Shown here: piece by piece, positions 1 to 9,860 of the stretch
How positions within the stretch are numbered: the stretch's first letter is position 1
How the letters are laid out: each line of letters begins with the position of its first letter
NCBI GenBank assembly: GCA_964446225.1
Contig: CAYUOD010000001.1
Location: 1 to 37,062 of the forward strand
Length of the DNA: 37,062 nt
DNA from: an uncultured Acidimicrobiales bacterium
Lineage (GTDB): Bacteria; Actinomycetota; Acidimicrobiia; Acidimicrobiales; Poriferisodalaceae
Direction of reading: 5' to 3'
Made by a program: the position numbers and the translations under genes
The notes under the pieces: model-generated
What the model saw: only the letters and a program-made list of their open reading frames with translations
Databases searched by the model: none
Told to the model about the DNA's origin: nothing

Positions 1-999
1 CTGTGGCGCATTGACCTCGACGCGGAAGGGGCCCCGACCGCGGTGACGCTGGAACGGGCTGTCGTACAGTCACGAGCCAAACTCACCTACAAGGAAGCCC
101 AGGGTTTCATCGACTCCGCCGATGCCTCAGAGTCCCTGACACTTTTGGCCGAGATCGGGACGCTGCGACAGTCGCTTGAAAGGCAAAGGGGAGCGGTCAG
201 CTTGAATCTGCCTGATCAAGAGGTCAAGCAGGGAGCCAATGGCTACGTAGTGGTGTACGACGAGACTCTTCCCATCGAAGGTTGGAATGCCCAGATCTCT
301 CTGCTCACCGGTCTTGTGGCTGCTCAATTGATGCTCGATGCGCGGATCGGCGTTCTCCGTACGCTCCCGGCGCCACGGCGCAAGACACTCGTTGACCTAC
401 GAAGTCGAGCGCGAGCGCTGAACGTCACGTGGCCCTCAGGGATGAAGTACCAAGAGTTCATTCGCGGCCTCGACCCGTCTCAGCCACGAGACGTAAGCCT
501 TCTCACAGCGTCACTAGGGGTCTTCCGCGGAGCCGGCTACGAGGCCTTCGTGGACGAGCTACCCAAGCTGTCCCAACATTCTGCTGTCGCGGGCAGCTAC
601 GCACATGTCACAGCTCCGCTGCGACGGCTCTGCGATCGTTATGCAAACGAGGCGCTAATGAGTCTTGCCAAGGGCCGTCGACCAGCACCCGAGATACTCG
701 AACGACTTCTCGAGGTGCCCGCCATCATGGGTCGAACCCGCCAGGTAGAAAGCAAACTAGATCGAGCGATGGTTGACTTCGTGGAAGCCGCGGTACTCCG
801 TGGCCGTGTTGACGAACAGTTTGATGCTGTCGTGGTCGCACGCCGCAAGGACCAGCTCGTCGTCCAGGTTGATGACCCGGCGGTCGTGACACGCATGGCA
901 GACAACGGGCAACTCACCGTCGGCTCAAGGGTAAGCCTGGTGCTGAAAAGCGTCGACCTGGCAGCGCGGACCGTCGAGTTCACAACCCGTCCAAGCTGA
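1..999 (+). CDS. RNB-domain 3'-5' exoribonuclease (RNase II/R family), 5'-truncated by the window edge
   Basis: Frame 1 is open from nt 1, and the listed GTG at 43 is internal. The translation carries the RNB catalytic signature YAHVTAPLRRLCDRYANE (compare HFTSPIRRYPD in RNase R/II). An S1-like C-terminal segment follows (QLVVQVDDPAVVTRMADNG...VSLVLKSVD). Confidence 0.8.
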   Translation: MWRIDLDAEGAPTAVTLERAVVQSRAKLTYKEAQGFIDSADASESLTLLAEIGTLRQSLERQRGAVSLNLPDQEVKQGANGYVVVYDETLPIEGWNAQISLLTGLVAAQLMLDARIGVLRTLPAPRRKTLVDLRSRARALNVTWPSGMKYQEFIRGLDPSQPRDVSLLTASLGVFRGAGYEAFVDELPKLSQHSAVAGSYAHVTAPLRRLCDRYANEALMSLAKGRRPAPEILERLLEVPAIMGRTRQVESKLDRAMVDFVEAAVLRGRVDEQFDAVVVARRKDQLVVQVDDPAVVTRMADNGQLTVGSRVSLVLKSVDLAARTVEFTTRPS

Positions 1000-1010
1000 C
1001 AGGCCAAGGC

Positions 1011-1979
1011 GTGGACGACAAGGCCATGAAGAAGGCCATACAGCTCTTGCGGGCAGGCGAACTTGTGGCGTTTCCAACCGAGACGGTCTATGGGCTCGGG
1101 GCTGATGCCCGCAACGAATCAGCGGTCCTGAAGATATTCGAACGCAAGGGGCGGCCTACCCACCACCCCCTGATCGTGCATCTCGGAGATGTCGCTCAAG
1201 TCGGTGCTTGGACGGATCACATCGATGCGCGCCTGGCTGCGCTGGGCGAAGCCTTCTGGCCAGGACCTCTCACAATCATTGCCCCCCGGTCAGCGCTGGT
1301 TCCCGCCGCGGTCACCGGCGGCTTGTTGACAGTTGGACTTAGAGTCCCGAGCCATCCTGTTGCGGCAGCGCTCCTCAAAGGCTTCAGTGACGGCATTGCG
1401 GCACCCTCGGCCAACCGGTTCGGAAGACTGAGTCCGACCAGCGCCCAGGCTGTGCGCGACGAGCTGGGCTCAACACTGCACGTGCTTGACGGTGGCTCGA
1501 CGCAGGTCGGCGTTGAGTCCAGCATTGTGACCATCGAGGACGGTCAAGTGGTTCTGCTGCGCCATGGAGGAGTCCCCATCGAACTCCTGCGCGAAGCAAT
1601 CGGCCCAGTTACCGACGACACTCACGGAGCCAGCCGTGCTTCGGGAATGATGGACTCACACTATGCACCTCAGGTTGAGCTCACCCTCTGCGAAACAGCA
1701 ACCGAGTTCAACCGCTGGGACTTCACTGATCCGGATATTGCGGTCATGGGACTCGCCGCGGATCTGCCCGATCATGGGGCAAGAACGCATTTTACGATGG
1801 CATCTGTAGACGAGTACGCGCGCCATTTGTTCGAAAGCCTGCGCGCCGCCGACGAGCTCGCGATAGCGCGCATTGTGGTTCTTCTGCCCCCGGCGACAGG
1901 CCTCGGGACAGCCATCCGCGACCGACTCAGGAGAGCAGCTGCTCCGGTGGGTCAAAACGACACCAACGAGGCACAATGA
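1011..1979 (+). CDS. L-threonylcarbamoyladenylate synthase (Sua5/YrdC/TsaC family, long Sua5-type)
   Basis: Family signatures FPTETVYGLGADA, HHPLIVH and APSANRFGRLSPT. The ~320 aa length fits a YrdC domain plus a Sua5 C-terminal domain. The start could be GTG 1011 or ATG 1026. Confidence 0.85.
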   Translation: MDDKAMKKAIQLLRAGELVAFPTETVYGLGADARNESAVLKIFERKGRPTHHPLIVHLGDVAQVGAWTDHIDARLAALGEAFWPGPLTIIAPRSALVPAAVTGGLLTVGLRVPSHPVAAALLKGFSDGIAAPSANRFGRLSPTSAQAVRDELGSTLHVLDGGSTQVGVESSIVTIEDGQVVLLRHGGVPIELLREAIGPVTDDTHGASRASGMMDSHYAPQVELTLCETATEFNRWDFTDPDIAVMGLAADLPDHGARTHFTMASVDEYARHLFESLRAADELAIARIVVLLPPATGLGTAIRDRLRRAAAPVGQNDTNEAQ

Positions 1980-3121
1980 CAGCACTTGAAGGCATCATGG
2001 TGGTGGACTTCACGAGGATTCTCTCGGGCCCCTACTGCACCATGGTGTTAGCAGACCTGGGCGCAAGAGTCATCAAGATTGAGCGGGCAGGCGCCGGGGA
2101 CGATAGCCGACAATTCCCACCGGTGGTTGCAGGCACAAGCAGCTACTTCGCGTCGGTAAACCGAGGTAAAGAGTCGCTGGGCCTGGATCTCTCCGACCCG
2201 GTGGACCTCGCAGTAGTCCGGCGCATCATCACCGAGGCTGATGTCCTCGTCGAAAACTTTCGCCCCGGAGTAATGAGCCGTCTCGGCCTGGGCTACGAGG
2301 ATGCAGCGCGGCTGAACCCCCGCCTGGTCTATGCCTCAATATCTGGCTTCGGACAAGACGGACCGTATCGGGACAGACCCGCCTATGACATGGTCGTTCA
2401 GGCCATGGGTGGCATTATGAGCATCACAGGCCACCCTGATGCTCCGCCAACCCGGGTCGGCACCTCCGTGGGTGACATAGTCGCCGGCCTTTTCGCTGTT
2501 GCAAGCATCAACGCTGCACTCGTCGCCCGTTCAGACGGTGGAACCGGCGAGCACCTCGATATTTCGATGCTCGACTGCCAGACCGCGATCCTTGAGAGCG
2601 CCATAGGGCGGTATTTCGCGACGGGAGAGTCACCCGGCCCGATGGGGTCGCGCCATCCCAGCATCACACCCTTCGCTGCCTATCGGGCAAGCGATGGATA
2701 CCTCGTGATCGCGGCCGGGAACGGGGACCTGTTCAAGCGCCTGTGCGCTGCACTTGAGCGGCCCGACCTCGCGGGTGACCCCCGTTTCGCCACCAACGAG
2801 AGCAGGGGAGAGGCACAGGAAGAACTGAGCCACGAGATCGAGGGAGCGCTCGCTGCTCGGACCGTCACCGCATGGCTGGACCTCCTTGGTGCCCGAGGAA
2901 TTCCATGTGGCCCGATCAACAACATCCAGCAGGCCCTTGACGACCCTCAGACCGTTTCCCGGGGCATGGTCATCTCAGCACACGATGCAGCAGGTACTGA
3001 ATTCAAGATGGCAGGCAGTCCGCTGGTGCCACTCGAAGTGCAGCACATCCCCAGCCTCGACGAACACGGAGACGCCCTCAGGGCTGAGTTCGCTCCTCTT
3101 CAGAAGGAGTCGGAGACCTGA
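1976..3121 (+). CDS. Family III CoA-transferase (CaiB/BaiF/Frc-like)
   Basis: N-terminal VVDFTRILSGPYCTMVLADLGARVIKIE, then NFRPGVMSRLGL, YDMVVQAMGGIMSITG and VGTSVGDIVAG (catalytic Asp region). ATGA start/stop overlap with the upstream gene. Confidence 0.85.
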   Translation: MTALEGIMVVDFTRILSGPYCTMVLADLGARVIKIERAGAGDDSRQFPPVVAGTSSYFASVNRGKESLGLDLSDPVDLAVVRRIITEADVLVENFRPGVMSRLGLGYEDAARLNPRLVYASISGFGQDGPYRDRPAYDMVVQAMGGIMSITGHPDAPPTRVGTSVGDIVAGLFAVASINAALVARSDGGTGEHLDISMLDCQTAILESAIGRYFATGESPGPMGSRHPSITPFAAYRASDGYLVIAAGNGDLFKRLCAALERPDLAGDPRFATNESRGEAQEELSHEIEGALAARTVTAWLDLLGARGIPCGPINNIQQALDDPQTVSRGMVISAHDAAGTEFKMAGSPLVPLEVQHIPSLDEHGDALRAEFAPLQKESET

Positions 3122-4025
3122 GCAGATCAGGCTCAATGAAGATGTAGACGGCATTGGGCATCACGTCTCGAATGCGCGCCTCGGCCGCATCGATGGTGTC
3201 CGCTATCTGGGCGACGTGGTACGAGGGCTCGATGGCGAGTTTGGCCGCGACCAGCAGGTCGGCAGGGCCGAGGTACTGGGTGCGGAGGTGGATGATCTGC
3301 AACACCCCTGGGTCGTCAGTCAGAGCTTGCTCAAGGAGTTCCACCTCTGCGCCATCAGCACTCTCTCCGATGAGCAGGCTCTGGGTCTCTATAGCGAGCA
3401 GAATCGCGACCACGCCGAGCAGGACCGCAATGCTCAGGGTGCCAACACCATCCCAAACCGGATTTTCTGTCAGTTCGCTCAATGAGATGGCGGTCAAAGC
3501 CAGGAGTAGGCCGACCAAAGCGGCGAGGTCCTCCAGTATCACCACAGGCAACTCGGGAATCTTCGTCTGGCGAATGAACTGCCAGTAGCTGCGCCCACGC
3601 AACAATGGCCTGGCCTCGCGAATAGCTGTCCGAAATGAGAAGGTCTCAACGACAACCGCGAACCCGAGTATCCCGTACGCCCAACCGACGCTCTCGATGG
3701 GGTGCGGGTTGATGATCTTCAGGACGCCCTCGTAGCCCGCGAAACCTGCGCCCACTGAGAACAGCACCAGCGCTACAACGAAGGACCAGAAGTATCGCTC
3801 TCGTCCGTAACCGAACTGATGCGTCTGCGTGGCCTGCTTCCGGCCTCGTCTGCCACCAAGAAGCAGCAGACCCTGGTTGCCGGTGTCGGCCACCGAGTGG
3901 ATTCCCTCGGCCAGCATCGACGAACTCCCGGTGAACCCGAAGCCCACGAACTTCGCAATCGCGATGACGAAGTTGCCGATGAATGCGGCCACTACCGCCC
4001 TAGTGCCGTGCGATTCTGCGCTCAT
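3078..4025 (-). CDS. Cation diffusion facilitator (CDF) family metal efflux transporter
   Basis: Multiple TM helices. HSVADTGNQ (HxxxD metal site in TM2) plus a C-terminal cytoplasmic domain (VLQIIHLRTQYLGPADLLVAAKL). The 3' end overlaps the convergent CoA-transferase gene by 44 nt. Confidence 0.85.
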   Translation of the reverse strand: MSAESHGTRAVVAAFIGNFVIAIAKFVGFGFTGSSSMLAEGIHSVADTGNQGLLLLGGRRGRKQATQTHQFGYGRERYFWSFVVALVLFSVGAGFAGYEGVLKIINPHPIESVGWAYGILGFAVVVETFSFRTAIREARPLLRGRSYWQFIRQTKIPELPVVILEDLAALVGLLLALTAISLSELTENPVWDGVGTLSIAVLLGVVAILLAIETQSLLIGESADGAEVELLEQALTDDPGVLQIIHLRTQYLGPADLLVAAKLAIEPSYHVAQIADTIDAAEARIRDVMPNAVYIFIEPDLLRSPTPSEEERTQP

Positions 4026-4101
4026 GGCTGGACCCTAGCTGAAAGCCTGATGAGCTCGGGACGTTATGCTCGTAGCCAAGTTATTGAGTGAGGTCTCGGC
4101 A

Positions 4102-4764
4102 ATGGAATTTTGCACATCTTGCGGCACGAAGCTGGCAGAGGACGCCAAGGAGTGTGACGCCTGCGGCACCGAGGTGACCGAACAGCCAGCGGCCGCGCCC
4201 GCACCGTCATTTCTGACTCCGGAAACTGAGACCCCTTATCCGGTCGCTGAATCCAAGAATGGCTTGGCTCTGGCGGCCATGATCCTCGGCATTGTGGGCG
4301 TCGCCCTGTCGATCACCGTGGTGCTTGGAGTCATCCTTGGTGTTCTGGCGCTTGTGTTCGGCATTATCGGGCGCAACCGGGCGAAGGCCCTGCCTCAGCA
4401 CACCAACAGCAATAAAGCTCTGGCGGGCATGATTCTCGGGGCTGTCGCCATAGGTCTTTCCGTGCTCGTCGTGTTCGCACTACGCGGTCCCGTTTCTGAG
4501 GTACTCAAGATTCTCGATGTTGAAATCACCCTCGTGGGCTGTAATGACAGCGGAATTGAGGCCGAGGTTCGCTGGACGGGGGAAGACTCAGTGGACCTGA
4601 CCCTCGAGGGCCAGGCCCTCACGCCTGACGGTGAGGTCGTGTTCAGCGACGAGATCGTCGTCACGAATCTCTCGGGCACAACACAGACAGTCACGATCGA
4701 GTTCCCAAGCACGATTGACTCCTCGTTCAATCAGTGTTTCCTCGCGCCCGTGTCTGTGAACTAG
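4102..4764 (+). CDS. Zinc-ribbon / DUF4190-type membrane protein
   Basis: N-terminal CxxC-x11-CxxC (FCTSCGTKLAEDAKECDACG). Two Gly/Ile/Leu-rich TM hairpins typical of DUF4190. GAGG lies ~10 nt upstream of ATG 4102; the track ORF begins at 4066. Confidence 0.6.
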   Translation: MEFCTSCGTKLAEDAKECDACGTEVTEQPAAAPAPSFLTPETETPYPVAESKNGLALAAMILGIVGVALSITVVLGVILGVLALVFGIIGRNRAKALPQHTNSNKALAGMILGAVAIGLSVLVVFALRGPVSEVLKILDVEITLVGCNDSGIEAEVRWTGEDSVDLTLEGQALTPDGEVVFSDEIVVTNLSGTTQTVTIEFPSTIDSSFNQCFLAPVSVN

Positions 4765-4773
4765 CGGCCGGTT

Positions 4774-5676
4774 CTACGTCTCCAGGTCCTCGACAGCCTC
4801 CCGTACCCGGGGGAGTTCGATGTCCCAGCTCCGGGGTTCGTCAAGCGGTACGAGCACGAACTTGCTTGCGCCGACTTCTATGAATTTGCTCAGCAAAGAA
4901 CGGAGTCCATCGAGCGTTCCTGGAACGACGTCCCCTGCGTCCACACCAGGCGCTCGCAGCGCAAGCAGCTTCGTCAACTGGGGGGCGATCTCGCCCGCTC
5001 CGTATGGCACAAGAACACCGAAATGGCCCTGGTCCATCTCTCGCGCAGCGGTCGACGCTGCAGCGTTTATCTTGTGCCATCCGGCCGCTGCAATGTCTGG
5101 AGTTACAAACGAAGCCAGCCAGCCGTCTGACAGCCGCCCAACCCGCTCAAGTTCCTTTGGACCACTTCCGCCCATCCAGACCTCGAGCTCATGGGCTGGC
5201 TTCGGCCGTACTCGGACCTCATTGATAGAGAAGTAGTCACCCTTGTGCGATACGGCGTCCTCAGACCACAGCCGCCGCATGAGCGGCAACGCTTCCTCAA
5301 ATCGGCGGGCCCGGGAAGCCCGTGCAACCGCAAATGCCTGTTGCTCGTGGTTGTCCCTGATGCCAAGCCCGAATGCGGGCAGCAGACGACCCTTAGAGAG
5401 CTGATCGAGGCTTGCCATCTGCTTGGCCAGTAGGACAGGATTGCGTCCAGGCAGGACCATCACACTCATGCCGAGCCGTAACCGCTCAGACCGGCCAGCC
5501 GCCACCGCCAAGCCCACCACGGGGTCGGGTGCGGATGCCCCGATCCGCTCGCTTAGCCACAAGCTGTCAAAGCCCGAGCTCTCGAGGCCGTCGACGAGCG
5601 ACAGAAATCGATCCTGGGTGTTTGTCAGGGTTCTTGTTCCGAGGCCATACCCGATGCGAACCTTCACAGCGGCCAC
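4774..5676 (-). CDS. Luciferase-like monooxygenase (LLM) class, probably F420-dependent oxidoreductase
   Basis: N-terminus VKVRIGYGLG, SLWLSERI, and overall LLM/TIM-barrel pattern (GRLLPAFGLG, WMGGSGPKELERVGRLSDGW). Confidence 0.8.
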   Translation of the reverse strand: MAAVKVRIGYGLGTRTLTNTQDRFLSLVDGLESSGFDSLWLSERIGASAPDPVVGLAVAAGRSERLRLGMSVMVLPGRNPVLLAKQMASLDQLSKGRLLPAFGLGIRDNHEQQAFAVARASRARRFEEALPLMRRLWSEDAVSHKGDYFSINEVRVRPKPAHELEVWMGGSGPKELERVGRLSDGWLASFVTPDIAAAGWHKINAAASTAAREMDQGHFGVLVPYGAGEIAPQLTKLLALRAPGVDAGDVVPGTLDGLRSLLSKFIEVGASKFVLVPLDEPRSWDIELPRVREAVEDLET

Positions 5677-5726
5677 AGTCTTTTGGAGTCACGGGACATA
5701 GGACCGAAGGTAGTTCGCCACCGGGT

Positions 5727-7106
5727 CTAGCGCGAGATCGCGAGGTCCAAGATCTTCGCGCCAGCGGCGAGAAGCGGTTGATCACCGTAGTTGGCGGCAT
5801 CACCGAACCGCAGGACGCGTCCAGTCTCTGTGGCGATCCAGTACCCGCTGCCAGTGTTACTCGTTCTGAGCTGCACAGCGGTTGGAGGCTTACAGAAACC
5901 GAGCCCCGGTATCGAACCGTAGAAGTCAATGTTGCCGAAGGTAAAGACACCACCATCACGTGCATAAAGCCAGTACCCCTCACCTGATGGATCAACCGCC
6001 ATCGCTGAGATCGCTGCGTTGAGAGCGATGTTTCCTGTGGAGCCCCGGAACTGCGCATCTCCGAAGGCGAAGACACCTCCGTCCGCGGCTACAAGCCAGT
6101 AGCCGTTGCCCGAATCAGTTGACGCCATTGCGATGATCGGCGCATTGAGAGCCTCACCTCCCATTGAGCCGTGGAATGCAGCGTCGCCAAAGGCGAACAC
6201 ACCACCGTCCGCTGCGAGCAGCCAGTATCCGGTTCCTGTGGGATTCGGGACTATCGACGTAATGGCAGCATTGAGTTGCAAGCCAGTCATGTCTCCCCAG
6301 AAGCCAGCATCACCGAAGGGATTCACCACTCCATTGACGTCCACGACCCAGTATCCGTCGCCAGAAGGCGACGCCTGCATGGCCATCGCGGTCGCGCTGG
6401 AGGCACGAAGATCGCCCAGGAGAGGCGCATTGAAGGCATGAACCTGCCCGTCGCTCGCCAGGAGCCAGTATCCGCTCCCGCTGTCGATCGAGGCACTCGC
6501 CTCAGGCACCCGGCTGGCAGAGCAGACTTGCTCATCGACGTAGGCGGCGAGGGTCGCGACCACAAGATCGCGCATAGCTGCGGCGCCCTCGGGGCGAAGA
6601 TGAATGCCATCCTTCCAGGTCGGATTCGCAGTTCTGAAGGACTCCGTGTTCCAGTCAGCGACTATGAGATTTGCGTAGGTTTCCTGCTTGGCATCGAGCA
6701 CGGCGTTCAATGACGTGTAGTCATGGTCTGCAGCGGTTCGCAGGTTTAGCCAGATGACCTTCGCCACGTCGGCAAGTTCGAGCATGATGTCGTCCACGTA
6801 GGAAGCAAACTCGGTGGGCTGCCCCTCGTTGTTGTAGCCAAGCGCAAGCACTACGACATCTTCAATGAGCGGACGTCTGGCGCGTATTGTGGCGAGGCCC
6901 TCAGGCGTCGTTCGGGCAACCACCGAATCGAACGTGACATCCCAGCCGCGGCTTTCCAGCGAGGTCACCATAGGGCTGTAGGACCCCAACATGACGGAGT
7001 CGCCGATCATCACCAGGTTTGGACGGTCCTGCGCCCCGGTGGCATCCGCTGTGACCAGCACCAACAAGACAGACACGACAAGGAGGGAAAACGCTCTACG
7101 GAACAC
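5727..7106 (-). CDS. Secreted SGNH/GDSL hydrolase fused to six ~41-aa GYW/DGGVFxFGDA repeats
   Basis: Signal peptide MFRRAFSLLVVSVLLVLVTADATGAQ. SGNH block I LVMIGDSVMLG and block V DGIHLRPEG. The C-terminal half (about nt 5730-6494) is six tandem repeats such as ALNAPIIAMASTDSGNGYWLVAADGGVFAFGDAQFRGSTGNI. GTG start with AGGGGG ~8 nt upstream. It overlaps the upstream gene by 11 nt. Confidence 0.8.
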   Translation of the reverse strand: MFRRAFSLLVVSVLLVLVTADATGAQDRPNLVMIGDSVMLGSYSPMVTSLESRGWDVTFDSVVARTTPEGLATIRARRPLIEDVVVLALGYNNEGQPTEFASYVDDIMLELADVAKVIWLNLRTAADHDYTSLNAVLDAKQETYANLIVADWNTESFRTANPTWKDGIHLRPEGAAAMRDLVVATLAAYVDEQVCSASRVPEASASIDSGSGYWLLASDGQVHAFNAPLLGDLRASSATAMAMQASPSGDGYWVVDVNGVVNPFGDAGFWGDMTGLQLNAAITSIVPNPTGTGYWLLAADGGVFAFGDAAFHGSMGGEALNAPIIAMASTDSGNGYWLVAADGGVFAFGDAQFRGSTGNIALNAAISAMAVDPSGEGYWLYARDGGVFTFGNIDFYGSIPGLGFCKPPTAVQLRTSNTGSGYWIATETGRVLRFGDAANYGDQPLLAAGAKILDLAISR

Positions 7107-8964
7107 TGGGCGCCCCCTGTGCGAACCAGCGCAGCCCCGGTTCGTACATCATCTCGTGGGCTCCGCTGAAGAGGACAAACGTGACGCTCCCCGATTTTCG
7201 CGTCATGAGTACCTGACGATCCTCGGGGCCGAAGAATGCATCGGCGCCGATTTGACCTGCCAACTCAGCGGGCAGACGGCGGGCACCAAGCGCTGCGACC
7301 TGCGCCGGTGTAAAGCGATCAGCTGGATCGGCAAGCTGATTGAACGCGAGTACCGCGTCCGATGGTGGCACAAGGGTGTCGGACAGACCTGTAGCAAGAA
7401 AGACGGGGAGTCCAGCAGCTCTTGCAGAGTCAAGATAAGAACTCGGACTCCGCGCAACGCATTGGTTCCGTGCCGCCGAGTCGCCAACGGGGGCCCCACC
7501 ACACGACGCTTCAATATGCCGCTTGTAGTAGCGCTGAGGCGCGTACACGGCGTTGTAGTTGTACCACGCTGGCAAGTCATACACCGGCACCCAGGAAGCC
7601 ACGCCGGCGAATCGATCTGGGTGGCGACCAGCCATGAGCAGCGACATCATGCCGCCGCCTGAGTAACCAATCGCATAGACCCGATCAGGATCGGCGCCGC
7701 GGGCCACCGCGTAGTCGATTGCGTCGACGACGTCCTGCACCGCCAGATCTGACCCCGTAGCACTCGGTTTGTTGTTCACGCCCCGGAAGTTCGGGGCGAT
7801 CATGGCCCAGCCGTTCTGACGCGCCCACCGGCCAAACGGAATGCTGTTCTGAGTGGTATAGCCGCCACTCCATGAGTGCAACACGACGAGAAGGGGAGCA
7901 CCAGGCTGCTTCGGCGGAAGCCACTTGGCTGCTTGTAGCTGCCCGTCAGCCGTTGACGGGATCCGTATGTCGGCCACGCCAGGGATTGCGCCGGCCCAAG
8001 CCGCGTTCGCCGAAGCAGAGTACTTCCGGAAGTCCCGCGTCCCAACGAAATCGTAAACAGGTGTTATCGCCATCGGCCCAGGCAGGAGATCAAGCTCGGC
8101 AATACGTTTACCCGTCTTGTCGCCTGCCTTTGCGGCTGTCTCAGAGAACTCCCATACCTCTGCGTTGGCAAGCACTATCAGATAACGATCGCCTGCGACA
8201 CTGCCCGCTACTGCTGTAGCTGGCGCTGCCTGCTGAGTCCCACCCAGACTGCCGTAGAACTCTGCGGTCGAGTAGTTGAAGATTCCGCCGTCAGCGCCCA
8301 CCAGCAGGTATCCGCCCGAGAACGCTATCGCTCCGATTACAGGCTGATTCAGCTTGAGAGAACCGGCGGAACCACGAAATGGCGCACCGCCGAGGGCAAA
8401 TATTCCGCCGTCATCTGAGACGAGCCAGTATCCGCCAGACGAGTGGGGAACGAGGCCATTCACCGGTCGATTGAGGGTGAGGTTGGCGGTTGAACCTCTG
8501 AAGCCAGCATCGCCGAGTGCAAAGACCCCACCATCCTTAGCAACCATGTAGTACCCGTTGCCGCTTGGCGTCGCGACCGAGCTCACAACGGTCTGATTGA
8601 GGTTGAGACTTTCGAGATCGCCATAGAAGGCGGCGGCACCAAAGTTGAAGACCCGACCAAGAGTCGTAAAGAGCCAGTAGCCATCCCCTGAGGGTGTGGC
8701 ACTCATCGACACCACGCTCTCGCCGTCCCTCAGTTCAGAGGCTGGGTTCACACTCCCGTAGTCAGGTGCTCCGTCCTGTGGGTAGACCCGTCCGAGTTGA
8801 TCCACAATCCAGTAGCCAACCCCGGACTCATCAAGGGCAATATCAATCGCAACGACACCCTCAGGCCCAGTAGCGCGCGCTCCCGCCGGGCTTGTGGGTG
8901 CGACAAGCAGCGTGACGAGCAAAAGCAGCGCGGCAGCAAGCCTCATCGCGCGATTCAGGTTCAT
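7096..8964 (-). CDS. Secreted protein: ~6 GYW/DGG(V/I)FxxG repeats fused to a C-terminal alpha/beta-hydrolase (esterase/peptidase S9-like) domain
   Basis: ATG 8964 is preceded by GGAGGA; the track ORF starts further up at 8985. Signal peptide ...AAALLLLVTLLVAPTSPAGA. Repeats lie at about nt 8137-8856. The C-terminal domain has the nucleophile elbow IGYSGGGMMSL and LVVLHSWSGGY. Confidence 0.8.
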   Translation of the reverse strand: MNLNRAMRLAAALLLLVTLLVAPTSPAGARATGPEGVVAIDIALDESGVGYWIVDQLGRVYPQDGAPDYGSVNPASELRDGESVVSMSATPSGDGYWLFTTLGRVFNFGAAAFYGDLESLNLNQTVVSSVATPSGNGYYMVAKDGGVFALGDAGFRGSTANLTLNRPVNGLVPHSSGGYWLVSDDGGIFALGGAPFRGSAGSLKLNQPVIGAIAFSGGYLLVGADGGIFNYSTAEFYGSLGGTQQAAPATAVAGSVAGDRYLIVLANAEVWEFSETAAKAGDKTGKRIAELDLLPGPMAITPVYDFVGTRDFRKYSASANAAWAGAIPGVADIRIPSTADGQLQAAKWLPPKQPGAPLLVVLHSWSGGYTTQNSIPFGRWARQNGWAMIAPNFRGVNNKPSATGSDLAVQDVVDAIDYAVARGADPDRVYAIGYSGGGMMSLLMAGRHPDRFAGVASWVPVYDLPAWYNYNAVYAPQRYYKRHIEASCGGAPVGDSAARNQCVARSPSSYLDSARAAGLPVFLATGLSDTLVPPSDAVLAFNQLADPADRFTPAQVAALGARRLPAELAGQIGADAFFGPEDRQVLMTRKSGSVTFVLFSGAHEMMYEPGLRWFAQGAPSVP

Positions 8965-9059
8965 TAATCCTCCGCATGCCCGCATCAGTGCACCCGTCGG
9001 CCGTAATGCGAGGCAGCCTAGGAGTTCTCAGCTTTGCTATCCCTACCGCCGACTGAAGC

Positions 9060-9860
9060 CTAAACCGGTCTAATACTCAGGTGCTTGGCAAACAGACTGT
9101 TCGTGAGTTGCTCCAAGCGATGAAAGCCGCTGTGAGCGCTGGAGCTCATCCAACCCGGCGGAGCGAGGGCAGGTGGGAGCAGCGGGTCCTCGGCAGTAAT
9201 GCGGATAGACGCACAGCCCACGAGGCACGCTGTGCGAAGCCCTTCTGGCCCTATTCTTCCAAGCAGACCTACCGAATCTGTCTGCAACTGCACGAGCAAT
9301 GCAGCCTGCGCACTCCAGGTATCCAGATCCCAGAGCCGGGCGACAAGACTTCTTGGATAGGGCATCCGGGATCGCATCAAGTGCAGCTGAGTCGGGGGGC
9401 TCACCGACTGCTGGTCGAATGGATTCGGGAGATTACTGGGACGCATCCAGCAGCCCCGCTGAAGCAGCCCGAACCGTCCATGAGACAGCAGACGCGCAAC
9501 TTTGTCGTAGTCAAACTGCGAGAGCTTCGGCTCTGCAAGATAGACCGAGAACTCGCCATCCCAATGCGCTGTGCCTGTGGCCATGGCGGTGTCACCCAGT
9601 GTGCCGAGATGGCGGAGCGAACTGCCAAGAGTAATGACTCGATTCTCATCGACAACGAGGTCGCCGCTCTCGATGAGCGACTCGATCTGGTCACGAGCTA
9701 AGTCATCATCCAGCAGGACCGCCGCACACAGCCGTGTGAACTGCTCCCGCTCGAACCGACCGGACGAACTCGTCGTCATCATCATGATGACGGTCTCGCG
9801 CTGTGACATAGGGGCGATGAGTCGGTCGAGTCGCTGCTCGATATCGGACGCTGCGCTCAC
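9060..9860 (-). CDS. PaaX-family-like transcriptional regulator (second of tandem pair)
   Basis: PaaX_C-like motifs GCWMRPSNL, LWDLDTW and EDPLLPPALAPPGW. GTG 9860 forms a GTGA overlap with the stop of the upstream paralog; ATG 9809 is an alternative start. The long track ORF to 10184 overlaps the upstream gene and is rejected. Confidence 0.6.
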   Translation of the reverse strand: MSAASDIEQRLDRLIAPMSQRETVIMMMTTSSSGRFEREQFTRLCAAVLLDDDLARDQIESLIESGDLVVDENRVITLGSSLRHLGTLGDTAMATGTAHWDGEFSVYLAEPKLSQFDYDKVARLLSHGRFGLLQRGCWMRPSNLPNPFDQQSVSPPTQLHLMRSRMPYPRSLVARLWDLDTWSAQAALLVQLQTDSVGLLGRIGPEGLRTACLVGCASIRITAEDPLLPPALAPPGWMSSSAHSGFHRLEQLTNSLFAKHLSIRPV

